Below are positions 19,901-27,619 of a stretch of DNA of 64,000 nt, in pieces (position 1 is the stretch's first letter; each line of letters opens with the position of its first letter). Source of the DNA: a virus (lineage: Duplodnaviria > Caudoviricetes); IMG/VR virus record IMGVR_UViG_3300033073_001126, positions 2,881-66,880 of that record. The stretch is one strand, 5' to 3'. A program made the translations under genes and the position numbers. The notes beneath the pieces were generated by a model, which was given only the letters and a program-made list of their open reading frames with translations, made no database searches and had not been told where the DNA came from.

Positions 19901-19989
19901 AATAAAAAATCCTTTGCTTGCTGTTCGGGGTAGGAGTCCCTACTAAGCAAACAAAGGACAGTAATGTTTTAAGAACGCTGCTCCTACCC
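19901..19989 (-). promoter_or_regulatory. Structured leader (terminator/antiterminator) of the replication operon
   Basis: On the minus-strand RNA, UCCUUUG...CAAAGGA stem plus U-tract; upstream GGGUAGGAG is perfectly complementary to CUCCUACCC inside that hairpin. Confidence 0.55.
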
Positions 19990-20007
19990 AGCGGCCTTTC
20001 GGCTCTG

Positions 20008-20040
20008 CAAAGATAAGCAGACTTATTTCACAATAGCAAA
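20008..20040 (-). promoter_or_regulatory. Bacteroidetes sigma promoter for the replication operon
   Basis: Minus strand TTTG (20040-20037), 21 nt, TATCTTTG (20015-20008). Confidence 0.7.
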
Positions 20041-20042
20041 AA

Positions 20043-20585
20043 TTATTTCTCCCAATAAACCTCCTCTCCCCTCCTGTAATGCTTCAGGTAATCTTTGGCA
20101 GCTTCCTGAACAAAGTGCTTCTCCTTGTAAATCACATAGTTGTTAGGAAGCGCAGCGTACTGTCCGCTGTTAAGCTGAATGAGCGAAAGAGGCTTATGCT
20201 CTGAGGGATAGCGTGAATAGCCGTCCTTCCAATCAATAACAAGCCCCGTGTGCCTCCCCTCCTCCTTAATGGGCCGAAGAACGCTTGCCTCAAGCCCCTC
20301 CAAGAACGGCATAAAGACAGCCTCTATGTCCTCCCCCATCCCTGCCCAGGGCATCAAATGCTCGTAGCCGTGACGGAAATTATCCGTACAAGAGATGGCG
20401 TGAAGAGGCAATCCGCTCCAATGCGCCCCCGATTCCAGCAGGACATGGCAGGAGAGTGTTTGATACTCCCGGCAATATATCCCATGCCACACAGCCCTTG
20501 TCGTTCCCTGTGGCATATTCGGGCCGAGGAACTTGTTGTTCACATTCACATAGAAATGGAACGGAAGGGAGGCGTGTTTGGGCAT
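20043..20585 (-). CDS. Conserved phage protein of unknown function
   Basis: 180 aa with LLESGAHWSGLPLHAI, EHKPL and QYAALPNN motifs, recalled from uncharacterised aquatic phage proteins. Confidence 0.6.
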   Translation of the reverse strand: MPKHASLPFHFYVNVNNKFLGPNMPQGTTRAVWHGIYCREYQTLSCHVLLESGAHWSGLPLHAISCTDNFRHGYEHLMPWAGMGEDIEAVFMPFLEGLEASVLRPIKEEGRHTGLVIDWKDGYSRYPSEHKPLSLIQLNSGQYAALPNNYVIYKEKHFVQEAAKDYLKHYRRGEEVYWEK

Positions 20586-21475
20586 TAACGCTGATAAAGT
20601 TTAGGGAAGAGCTGCATAAGAAGCGGCTGATTGCCCCATCCTCCTGCCCTGCGAGGCATAACGGCCCTTGGCGGCCTACGAGCCACAGGACGCTCTGTAA
20701 TCACTTCCTCCTCCATTACGGGTTCTTCCATAGGTGCTGATTCAGGAATGCTTACAGGGCGCATTACAGGGGATACAATCTCGGAAGGGGCAATGCTTGG
20801 AAGAACCGTTTGGCGGGGAGCAATAGGCTCCACCTCTTCGGACATTGTGCGTTTAATTACGGGAACTGGTTTAGGCTTAGGCTTTGGTTTTTGAACCGGA
20901 GATATTGACCCATATTTCTTCTCTCTCTCTATCCTTTCCTGTGGAGTTAGCATAGAAACGGGTTTGACGGCAATGGGATCGTATTTGAAAACCTCAACAT
21001 CATCGCTAACAAAAGGACTTTTATCCTCATAAAAACTTAATATGGTTGGATTTATCCTTCTGTCATAGAGCATCATTGGCGCATCTACATTTAGCACCCC
21101 ATGACTAAGTTCCCTTTGGTTAAATTTATTTTTATCTATATCCTTTCTATAAATAGGAACTTTGCCTACTCCGGTTACTGTTTGTTTTGCATTATTTTTT
21201 ATAATATCCTGGGCCGGATAGTTTTTTATTTTTTCATCGTACTCACGACTTTCTTTATCCAATTCAAAAAAAGGGTCTTTCAAAAGATTTTTCCCATAAT
21301 CCGTTTTGGTGTAATCCCTAAATTTATATGGGGTTCTGCTTTTTTTGTAAAAATTCTCAACGGCTATGGCATTATTATACAAATCCAACGAATCCTGCGT
21401 TGTAGGTTTATTAAAATTAGCCGCTGCCGCTTTTAGCCTGCCTCCTGGGCCGCCTTTGAAATTATTGTCTGCCAT
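20585..21475 (-). CDS. Hypothetical protein, possibly virion cargo
   Basis: 296 aa; TTQDSLDLYN motif and Pro/Glu-rich tail; has its own -7 promoter element. Confidence 0.55.
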   Translation of the reverse strand: MADNNFKGGPGGRLKAAAANFNKPTTQDSLDLYNNAIAVENFYKKSRTPYKFRDYTKTDYGKNLLKDPFFELDKESREYDEKIKNYPAQDIIKNNAKQTVTGVGKVPIYRKDIDKNKFNQRELSHGVLNVDAPMMLYDRRINPTILSFYEDKSPFVSDDVEVFKYDPIAVKPVSMLTPQERIEREKKYGSISPVQKPKPKPKPVPVIKRTMSEEVEPIAPRQTVLPSIAPSEIVSPVMRPVSIPESAPMEEPVMEEEVITERPVARRPPRAVMPRRAGGWGNQPLLMQLFPKLYQR

Positions 21476-21487
21476 TTTACAAAATTA
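21473..21487 (-). promoter_or_regulatory. -7 element directly before ATG (TAATTTTG-TAAA-ATG)
   Basis: Exact TAnnTTTG-N4-ATG on the minus strand. Confidence 0.65.
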
Positions 21488-21499
21488 GACAATTCTGCT

Positions 21500-22525
21500 T
21501 TACATAATCTTACCATTCTTTATCCTCTTGTTCTGCACATCCACCTTGCCGTCCTCATCAAGCGTAATCAAAGCCGCTCCGTGATTCCAAGAGTTAATCG
21601 GCATATAGAGCGGATGCAGCTCGCACAGGCAGCCTACAGACCATGTAGTAATCATCTGCCCATTGATGTCTTGTTCGACATGGGACGAAGACCTGTGGTG
21701 ATGGCCACATATAGCATCAGCCTTTGCCCTCATGTAAAGCCCCCTGGCTATGTTCACAGGACTGCTTATCCCGGAAGGAAACTCATGGCCGTGGGTGATG
21801 TTTAGGCTACCAGCCTTAATTATCCGCTTGTCGCCAACAAATTCAAGAGGGAACTTTTCTCCAAGCCGCTTCCGCAGGATGTTCTCAAGGGTTATTTCCT
21901 TCAGCTCTTCCAAGTCCTGGAGGCCGCTCATCTCGCCCATCTTCTGCCAAAGGAAATGCTCAAACCTTTCATCGTGGTTCCCCATCTTAAACACCACCTT
22001 CTTCGGCTGGAGAGCCGTGAATAAAGCCTTGAGCAACTCCACGCCGGTGCGTATCTCCTCGGCAGGGTTGCGTTTGTCAGGGTCTTTCAAATACCGGGAA
22101 AGGCCGTAGAAGTCGAAGAAATCCCCACCAATGACAAGCACTGTCGGATTGTGCTGTTTGAGCCACTCAAGAGCCGCTGTAAGAGCCTCAATGCTGTGAT
22201 AGGGGCAATGTATATCAAAAAGGGCTGCAATTCGCTGCGGCCCTTCTATGATGTGTGGAGTGTATTCTTTCTCCTCGCTCTTCGGGAGATTGTACGGGTT
22301 GTACGGCCTTGGGGATTCCATTAGGTATTTTTCATTGTCTGTGCCTAACAATTTCTTCAAATTCATTCCCATTTTCCCCTCAATGTAACGCAATACATTA
22401 CGGGCATCCTCAACTCCTGAGAATAACAAGGGGTGTTCGTTGTACATTATTCTGGCGAGCTTCTTTGTAGGCAAGTCCATGCCCCACTCATCCCTGTACT
22501 TACGGGCCAATTCGCTTTTGTTCAT
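21500..22525 (-). CDS. Calcineurin-like metallophosphoesterase
   Basis: DIHCPYH, GGDFFD, GNHDER, HGHE and GHHHR metal-binding motifs. Confidence 0.9.
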   Translation of the reverse strand: MNKSELARKYRDEWGMDLPTKKLARIMYNEHPLLFSGVEDARNVLRYIEGKMGMNLKKLLGTDNEKYLMESPRPYNPYNLPKSEEKEYTPHIIEGPQRIAALFDIHCPYHSIEALTAALEWLKQHNPTVLVIGGDFFDFYGLSRYLKDPDKRNPAEEIRTGVELLKALFTALQPKKVVFKMGNHDERFEHFLWQKMGEMSGLQDLEELKEITLENILRKRLGEKFPLEFVGDKRIIKAGSLNITHGHEFPSGISSPVNIARGLYMRAKADAICGHHHRSSSHVEQDINGQMITTWSVGCLCELHPLYMPINSWNHGAALITLDEDGKVDVQNKRIKNGKIM

Positions 22526-22537
22526 TATGCAAATATA
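22523..22537 (-). promoter_or_regulatory. -7 element directly before ATG (TATATTTG-CATA-ATG)
   Basis: Exact TAnnTTTG-N4-ATG on the minus strand. Confidence 0.65.
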
Positions 22538-22631
22538 CGAAACTCGCTAATTTCCAAGCAACTAAACAAAAAAGGAGGCTAAAAGCCCCCTTCTTTACAC
22601 AATTTTTATGTTCAACAGTTCAAATGAGTCT

Positions 22632-22814
22632 TCATTTATTCATAGCCTTTTTCCGATCAAGCATTCCGGAAGGGCTTAGAAATGGGTTTAAAACGGCACC
22701 ACTCATAATGCCAAGCTTTCCCTGTGGCTTTTCTGCGGCCTTTTTGGCGGCCGGCCTTGGAACAGGAGCCACCATCTGCGGCTTCTTCTGCTGGAGTGTG
22801 TCTTTATTTCCCAT
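22632..22814 (-). CDS. Small basic protein, 60 aa
   Basis: Lys/Pro/Ala-rich ORF with its own promoter element and a downstream hairpin at about 22573-22591. Confidence 0.55.
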   Translation of the reverse strand: MGNKDTLQQKKPQMVAPVPRPAAKKAAEKPQGKLGIMSGAVLNPFLSPSGMLDRKKAMNK

Positions 22815-22826
22815 GCGGCAAATATA
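22812..22826 (-). promoter_or_regulatory. -7 element directly before ATG (TATATTTG-CCGC-ATG)
   Basis: Exact TAnnTTTG-N4-ATG on the minus strand. Confidence 0.65.
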
Positions 22827-22899
22827 AAAAGAAAAAAGGAAGCTATCAGCCTCCTTATTTCGTGTATAACCAATTAAGCAAAATGGAAAAACCCTTTCT

Positions 22900-23253
22900 C
22901 TATTGCGAATTCAATGCTATTTTCTGTTCCTCCTTCTCTATCCACTCGGCCAGCAATCCCCGGAAAATATTCTGTTTGTTGCGTTGGCCAATCAAAAGTA
23001 ACATTTTATCCCATATTTCCTGCGAAACCACAACGGAAAATTGCTTCCCTTTCTTTTCATTCATCCATTTCAAGGGAACAAAGTCCTTTTTGCGGCTGAA
23101 ATACCACTTTTTCTGACAAAGGCGGTGCTTGGTCATAGCCGAAGACACTGTTCTTGCGTACATCCCCGTGATTCGCTCCACCTCGCTGAGTGATTTGTAC
23201 TCGGCGATGATTTCAAGATTGGTGTTAAACTGATATATAGGCGGTCTGTTCAT
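22900..23253 (-). CDS. NUMOD1-domain DNA-binding protein
   Basis: PIYQFNTNLEIIAEYKSLSEVERITG...KKWYFS is typical of NUMOD1; no nuclease domain seen. Confidence 0.65.
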   Translation of the reverse strand: MNRPPIYQFNTNLEIIAEYKSLSEVERITGMYARTVSSAMTKHRLCQKKWYFSRKKDFVPLKWMNEKKGKQFSVVVSQEIWDKMLLLIGQRNKQNIFRGLLAEWIEKEEQKIALNSQ

Positions 23254-23615
23254 TTATTTATGTTGTCTATTGCTCTGTTCAAATACCAGGCAGCCTTCTC
23301 AAGATCTTCCCGGTGCTTCCATTCCCCTTTCTTCCCCGCTCTGGAGATGTACTTGATGACATTGCCGAGGCAGAAGTCAAGTTCCCAGGCTTCAATCACC
23401 TTGATGGCCTCGTAGGGATTGTCCTTGCCGCCATAATGTACAGGATGTTGTACATTGCTGCTGGGCGAGGGAGAATTGTCAATGATTTCGGAGATGATGT
23501 CCTTTTCGCCATCGGTCTTGATGGTGTTTAAAAGGTAATTCCCGTTGGGGGATACGGCGGCAAAGCCAAGCTCGTTCCACTCTTGTTCTGTCATGCTTTG
23601 TCTAAGATTTCCCAT
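23250..23615 (-). CDS. DUF3310-family protein
   Basis: VQHPVHYGG...EAIKVIEAW...FCLGNVIKYISRAGKKG...EDLEKAAWYL. Confidence 0.88.
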   Translation of the reverse strand: MGNLRQSMTEQEWNELGFAAVSPNGNYLLNTIKTDGEKDIISEIIDNSPSPSSNVQHPVHYGGKDNPYEAIKVIEAWELDFCLGNVIKYISRAGKKGEWKHREDLEKAAWYLNRAIDNINK

Positions 23616-23722
23616 ATGTTGTCTTCATTAAATTGCGGCAAGTATAAATAATTGCCGTAGAATTCTGTCGCAAAAGTTGCCAATATTTGCGACAAGAAGC
23701 CGTTCAACATTCATGCCTCTTA

Positions 23723-24034
23723 TTACCCCTCATTGTCGTACAGGATTTCTGTGTCTATTGCTGTGTATGTCTTAACGAATGCCTTCAAGTCCTGGCCGCA
23801 TTTATTCACCATAGCCAGCCTGTCCTCAACATCCATATCCTCTGCCTCCTGTAAAGCCCACATTTTGTCCAGCATAGCGGACATAAACACCTTTACAATG
23901 GCTCTGAACGCATCTTCCGTAAAGCCGGGAGGTGTTTCCGGAAACAGCCATTCAAATGTGTACAAAGCATCCTCTATGCTGACAAGAGAGCTTTCCAAAA
24001 ACTCCCCTATTTTTTGTCCTGCTTCTATTTTCAT
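23723..24034 (-). CDS. Hypothetical protein
   Basis: Start ATG 24034 (MKIEAG) overlaps the upstream stop. Confidence 0.6.
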   Translation of the reverse strand: MKIEAGQKIGEFLESSLVSIEDALYTFEWLFPETPPGFTEDAFRAIVKVFMSAMLDKMWALQEAEDMDVEDRLAMVNKCGQDLKAFVKTYTAIDTEILYDNEG

Positions 24035-24261
24035 ACAACAAGTTCGTTTAAATCTATGCCATAAGCAACCATCACCTCCTCCCAGGCATCCCACACATCT
24101 TTCTCGTCAATGTATTTCCCATTCTCGGAGGTGTCCACAATGCTTCTCAGCCTTCCAGAGAATGTCCACATAGCCAAAGCCATGTCAAGGCTTTTAACGC
24201 AACGGAGATGCGCCAGGCGATCATCCTCGTTGTCCAGATTGAATTGAAGGCAAGCTTTCAT
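24031..24261 (-). CDS. Hypothetical phage protein
   Basis: 76 aa, MKACLQFNLDNEDD...KSLDMALAMW, a pattern recalled from small phage proteins. Confidence 0.6.
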   Translation of the reverse strand: MKACLQFNLDNEDDRLAHLRCVKSLDMALAMWTFSGRLRSIVDTSENGKYIDEKDVWDAWEEVMVAYGIDLNELVV

Positions 24262-24265
24262 TGTT

Positions 24266-24760
24266 TTATTCTGTTACACTTTTTACAACATTCTTGGGGT
24301 ATTTCTTTATTCGGCTTCCTTTAAAAGCCATAGCTGGATTTAGCCAATAGACATTCTTATGCCCAACACAAGGGGCAACATACCCATAACGGCACAACTC
24401 CGTAATGGCCGCCTTATGTGTCTTAATGCTCTTCATCCCGCATTCTTCCATAAGCCTGGGAACATTCACCCATAAATAATCTTTGCCACTCTTCACCGTG
24501 TACAACATCCACATCCACACTTGCAAAGCCCTATAGGACAACCCTGCCATTATCACCCTCTCATCAGCACCATCAAACACCTTCACATACACATCCCTCT
24601 CCAATTCCACCACATTATCAACCAGCACCCCCTCATCTTCCCCATCAGGAACATACCCACTCCTAATTGCCCTCACTTTAATCACCAACCCCGAAATAAA
24701 CGGGTTGATGCCAAGCTTTTCTTCAACAATGTCCGGAGGAAAAATTTTACCGACTTTCAT
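24266..24760 (-). CDS. RepL-like winged-helix protein
   Basis: LSYRALQVWMWML...AAITELCRYGYV...YWLNPAMAFKG resembles the RepL-type wHTH with NPxxxFxG. Confidence 0.55.
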   Translation of the reverse strand: MKVGKIFPPDIVEEKLGINPFISGLVIKVRAIRSGYVPDGEDEGVLVDNVVELERDVYVKVFDGADERVIMAGLSYRALQVWMWMLYTVKSGKDYLWVNVPRLMEECGMKSIKTHKAAITELCRYGYVAPCVGHKNVYWLNPAMAFKGSRIKKYPKNVVKSVTE

Positions 24761-24830
24761 AATTCAACCCTACAAAGTAGGAAATAAATTGCCGAAAACG
24801 CAAAATATTTCCCATTTCAAGACTAAAAAG

Positions 24831-25024
24831 TGGAAAAATATTTCCATTGAAAAGTGCCATAAAAAACTATACCTCAACAACTTACAGCAAAAGTCATTTC
24901 GGATAGTATAAATACATTCCGAAGTGAACATTTGAGGCTTACCCACTACAAGATGCCTTAAATAGCTATGCCTCTTTGATTTAGCTTCTAACCTCCATTT
25001 TTTAGGGGTGGAAAAAAGTTTCCA
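24831..25024. repeat. Two copies of the palindrome TGGAAA-N4-TTTCCA
   Basis: TGGAAAAATATTTCCA at 24831-24846 and TGGAAAAAAGTTTCCA at 25009-25024. Confidence 0.7.
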
Positions 25025-25653
25025 TTTTTTGTCCTCCCCAAAAACACCCCCCTGTCCCAATTCCTCCGGAAAACAGGGAAATATTGAAACAAGCCCCCCC
25101 CCCTAAAGAATGCTTTCCCGGAATGTGTTTTAGCAATGGGGTGGGAAGGAATGCCGCCAAAAGGGAATGCCTATATGGAACTGCGTTATGGGGAATAAGC
25201 CCTAAAAAGGGAACGGCCCTCAAAGGTAAAGCCCATACGAACCTACATGATGGGGATAGCCCCCCATGCCACCCCGGCCCTGGTAGCTGGCCGGAAACCG
25301 GTTTGCCTTTAACCCGTGGCCCGGGATGGCTTGACTGCCGGTGGCATTGCTTCGAGGGCAAACCTTACCACATCAGCACCGAAAAGGGGAAATGCTTTGC
25401 AAGGTGCATCCATCGAAAGCAAGCCCTTGCAAGGCAGACATCCAAAAGGCTGATCCATCAAAGCAGAGCGGAAAGGGAAAGCCGAAAAGGGAAAGCCTTG
25501 GAAAGGTTCTTTACCGGCAAAGCATTTTTTGCGGAAAAGCCTTTTTAAGAGAAAGGAAAAGAGGGGCTTCCCCTTTCCGATTTCCTCTTTCCTCTGCTTT
25601 CCTTTCCCACTATCAAATTTTATCCGCACATCCGCGCAAAGGTTTTCCCCCTT

Positions 25654-25708
25654 TTACCATTCATCCTCTAAAACTTACCATTCATCCCGAATTTCTGAAA
25701 TTTCATCC
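25654..25708 (+). promoter_or_regulatory. Three direct repeats at 21-bp period, LytTR-type binding-site architecture
   Basis: TTACCATTCATCC (25654-66), TTACCATTCATCC (25675-87), TGAAATTTCATCC (25696-708), upstream of the first early gene. Confidence 0.6.
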
Positions 25709-25769
25709 AAAAAAGGGCTTCCATATCATTTCCGCTCCCCTCCTTTGCATCAGTTCTTTAACACATCAA

Positions 25770-26132
25770 AAAAAAACACATATGAAAAAGCACATCGTCA
25801 GAGACATCAGTAGGGACATTAATGTAATTATTGATGTCAACTATGCTGGTCACATCATCGGCATTAATTACCACATGGGAGCTCAGTGCGAAATTCCGCA
25901 TTCAGTATTAAAAGCAGATGTATCCCTTACGAATTGGGTGGTTGGTAGACTGCCAGTAAGGACATTCAGCGGCGAAAGATGGATAATTGAAAAAGTAATT
26001 GATTCTATTATTGATTTTGAATCTCATTACTGCGATCCTGCGCAATGTGCTGGATTTGAGGAGGAATATTCTATTAAAATAACTGAAATTGAGCTTTAAC
26101 ACACACAAAAAAACACATATGAAAAAGCACAT
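25770..26132 (+). repeat. 26-bp direct repeat covering the starts of two adjacent genes
   Basis: AAAAAAACACATATGAAAAAGCACAT at 25770-25795 and 26107-26132; both genes begin MKKHI. Confidence 0.85.
25782..26099 (+). CDS. Early hypothetical protein (paralog of 28059-28577)
   Basis: True start ATG 25782 (MKKHIVRD) after an A-rich leader; GINY...LTNWVVGRL motif. Confidence 0.7.
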   Translation: MKKHIVRDISRDINVIIDVNYAGHIIGINYHMGAQCEIPHSVLKADVSLTNWVVGRLPVRTFSGERWIIEKVIDSIIDFESHYCDPAQCAGFEEEYSIKITEIEL

Positions 26133-26844
26133 TCCACAAAGGGCAATTTTCCGCAAAGGAGACGTCCTTTTTGTTTTCACATTCAAAGAAACTGCCAATG
26201 GCAAAATTGCTAATGAAGGCGAAAAGGTATTTCAAACCTACTCCTATGCCCGCCAGCAGTTCGAACTTGCAAACATAGGGCACAAAATTACCTTAGACTC
26301 TTTTTTCAAGGCCGATGGGTCAGTATGCTTCGATTGCCCATTCAGTCAAAACCGGGGCTGTTATACTGCCAAATATCAGCAATATGCTGGCTTCCTTAGT
26401 TCTTTGCGCTCAATTGGCAAAAAGCATCCCACATGGGAAAGCATTCCCAAATTCAGCGAAAGCATTAAGGCTGATTTATTGCGGATGTCTGCTGGCCATT
26501 ACTCCCGATTTGGGACATATGGCGAGCCTTCCTTAATTCCGCTTGAATTAATGGCAGAACTTTGCCAGGGTTCAAAAAGCTGGACAGGATATACACATCA
26601 ATGGCTGCGAAAGCCAGAATATGCGCCTTTTCTGATGGCATCTTTGCACTCTGAAAAGCAGATGCCCTATGCTGAGAAATTAGGCTTTCGGGCATTCATT
26701 GCCACAAAGGAAGCCCTTTCAAAGCCCTTTGTAAATTGCCCTGCATCAGCAGAAGCAGGATATAAATCTACTTGCTCTGACTGTGGGCTTTGCTCCGGCA
26801 CTGCCGGCAAAGGGAAAAGGTCAATTTGGATAATGCAACACTGA
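26119..26844 (+). CDS. Cys-rich phage protein (DUF7227 / degenerate radical-SAM-like)
   Basis: CFDCPFSQNRGCY, RFGTYGEP, WTGYTHQW, LMAS, CPAS...TCSDCGLC; start ATG 26119. Confidence 0.6.
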   Translation: MKKHIPQRAIFRKGDVLFVFTFKETANGKIANEGEKVFQTYSYARQQFELANIGHKITLDSFFKADGSVCFDCPFSQNRGCYTAKYQQYAGFLSSLRSIGKKHPTWESIPKFSESIKADLLRMSAGHYSRFGTYGEPSLIPLELMAELCQGSKSWTGYTHQWLRKPEYAPFLMASLHSEKQMPYAEKLGFRAFIATKEALSKPFVNCPASAEAGYKSTCSDCGLCSGTAGKGKRSIWIMQH

Positions 26845-26929
26845 AAACATACACTTTCCCGGCAGCTTTGAAATAGGATGTCTGCAATCGAATTGAGCCG
26901 GGAAAGCCAATTTTAAACAATTCAGAAAA

Positions 26930-27106
26930 ATGGAATATACACAAAGAGAAAAAGAACTACTTGCAGCACTTGTCAGCACAGCCAAAGCCCTGGGCCGCTT
27001 AATTGATGAAACTCAGCCTGCTGATCAGCAGCCACATCCGGAATTGGATGTATTAGAAATGGCTTTTGAAGTAGTGGGCAATCATTCAAAAGAAAACTTA
27101 TTTTAA
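26930..27106 (+). CDS. Small early protein, 58 aa
   Basis: Manual translation MEYTQREKELLAALVSTAKALG...; A-rich leader. Confidence 0.6.
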   Translation: MEYTQREKELLAALVSTAKALGRLIDETQPADQQPHPELDVLEMAFEVVGNHSKENLF

Positions 27107-27128
27107 CATTCATAAACAATACAGCAAA

Positions 27129-27413
27129 ATGAAAACATCAGCAGAAACAAAACTTTTGATTGCCTCTGTAAAAGAGGTTTTCAGAAACTCAGGCAAGTAT
27201 GGGCTTGCCTGCTCAGAAAGCAATGCCGAAGCCCTGGCAGAGACAGAAGATTTCCGCCAGTGGTTACCACAGCAGACAGAGCAGCATTTTGCACAGCCGA
27301 TTGAGGAAGCCATCGAAAATGGCATTCCCGCTGATCCGCTGAGCTTGGCAAACTATGTGCTGTGGTTCTACTCAGATAATCACTTCACAACAATTGAATT
27401 TCAAGAAATATGA
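27129..27413 (+). CDS. Small early protein
   Basis: 94 aa, GCAAAATG start context. Confidence 0.65.
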   Translation: MKTSAETKLLIASVKEVFRNSGKYGLACSESNAEALAETEDFRQWLPQQTEQHFAQPIEEAIENGIPADPLSLANYVLWFYSDNHFTTIEFQEI

Positions 27414-27565
27414 GCGCAAAAGACATCTTAAATCTTGCCGGCCTTCTCAGCATTGCCGACATCAAAGCAGCCACTGATCAGAAATTGATTTATCTGATAC
27501 TTTCCGGCCACTACCTTGCAGGCTTTGCCGCCAAAGAATTGGAAAACCGCTTGTGTAGAAATTGA
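27410..27565 (+). CDS. Small early protein, 51 aa
   Basis: ATGA overlap with the previous gene; MSAKDILNLAGLLS... Confidence 0.5.
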   Translation: MSAKDILNLAGLLSIADIKAATDQKLIYLILSGHYLAGFAAKELENRLCRN

Positions 27566-27619
27566 GCCGCTCATACCAAAAGCATTTACCATACAACAAA
27601 AGCAAAACTATTTCGCACC

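Larger units (their letters stand above)
24761..25781. other. About 1 kb divergent non-coding control region
   Basis: Lies at the minus-to-plus switch; no credible gene; contains palindromes, direct repeats, a C10 tract and purine/pyrimidine-skewed blocks. Confidence 0.7.

Noticed and set aside
22900-23253. Mobile homing endonuclease or intron
   Set aside because: Only a NUMOD1 DNA-binding motif is visible, with no HNH or GIY-YIG domain, and no flanking gene is interrupted.
25094-25103. C10 homopolymer as a phase-variation switch
   Set aside because: It is non-coding and not placed between recognisable promoter elements; there is no evidence of length variation from a single sequence.
25002-25781. 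ORFs 25002-25361, 25084-25548, 25309-25629 and the upstream extension of 25341-26099
   Set aside because: They arise from low-complexity repeats in the control region; the credible start is ATG 25782 with an A-rich leader duplicated at 26119.
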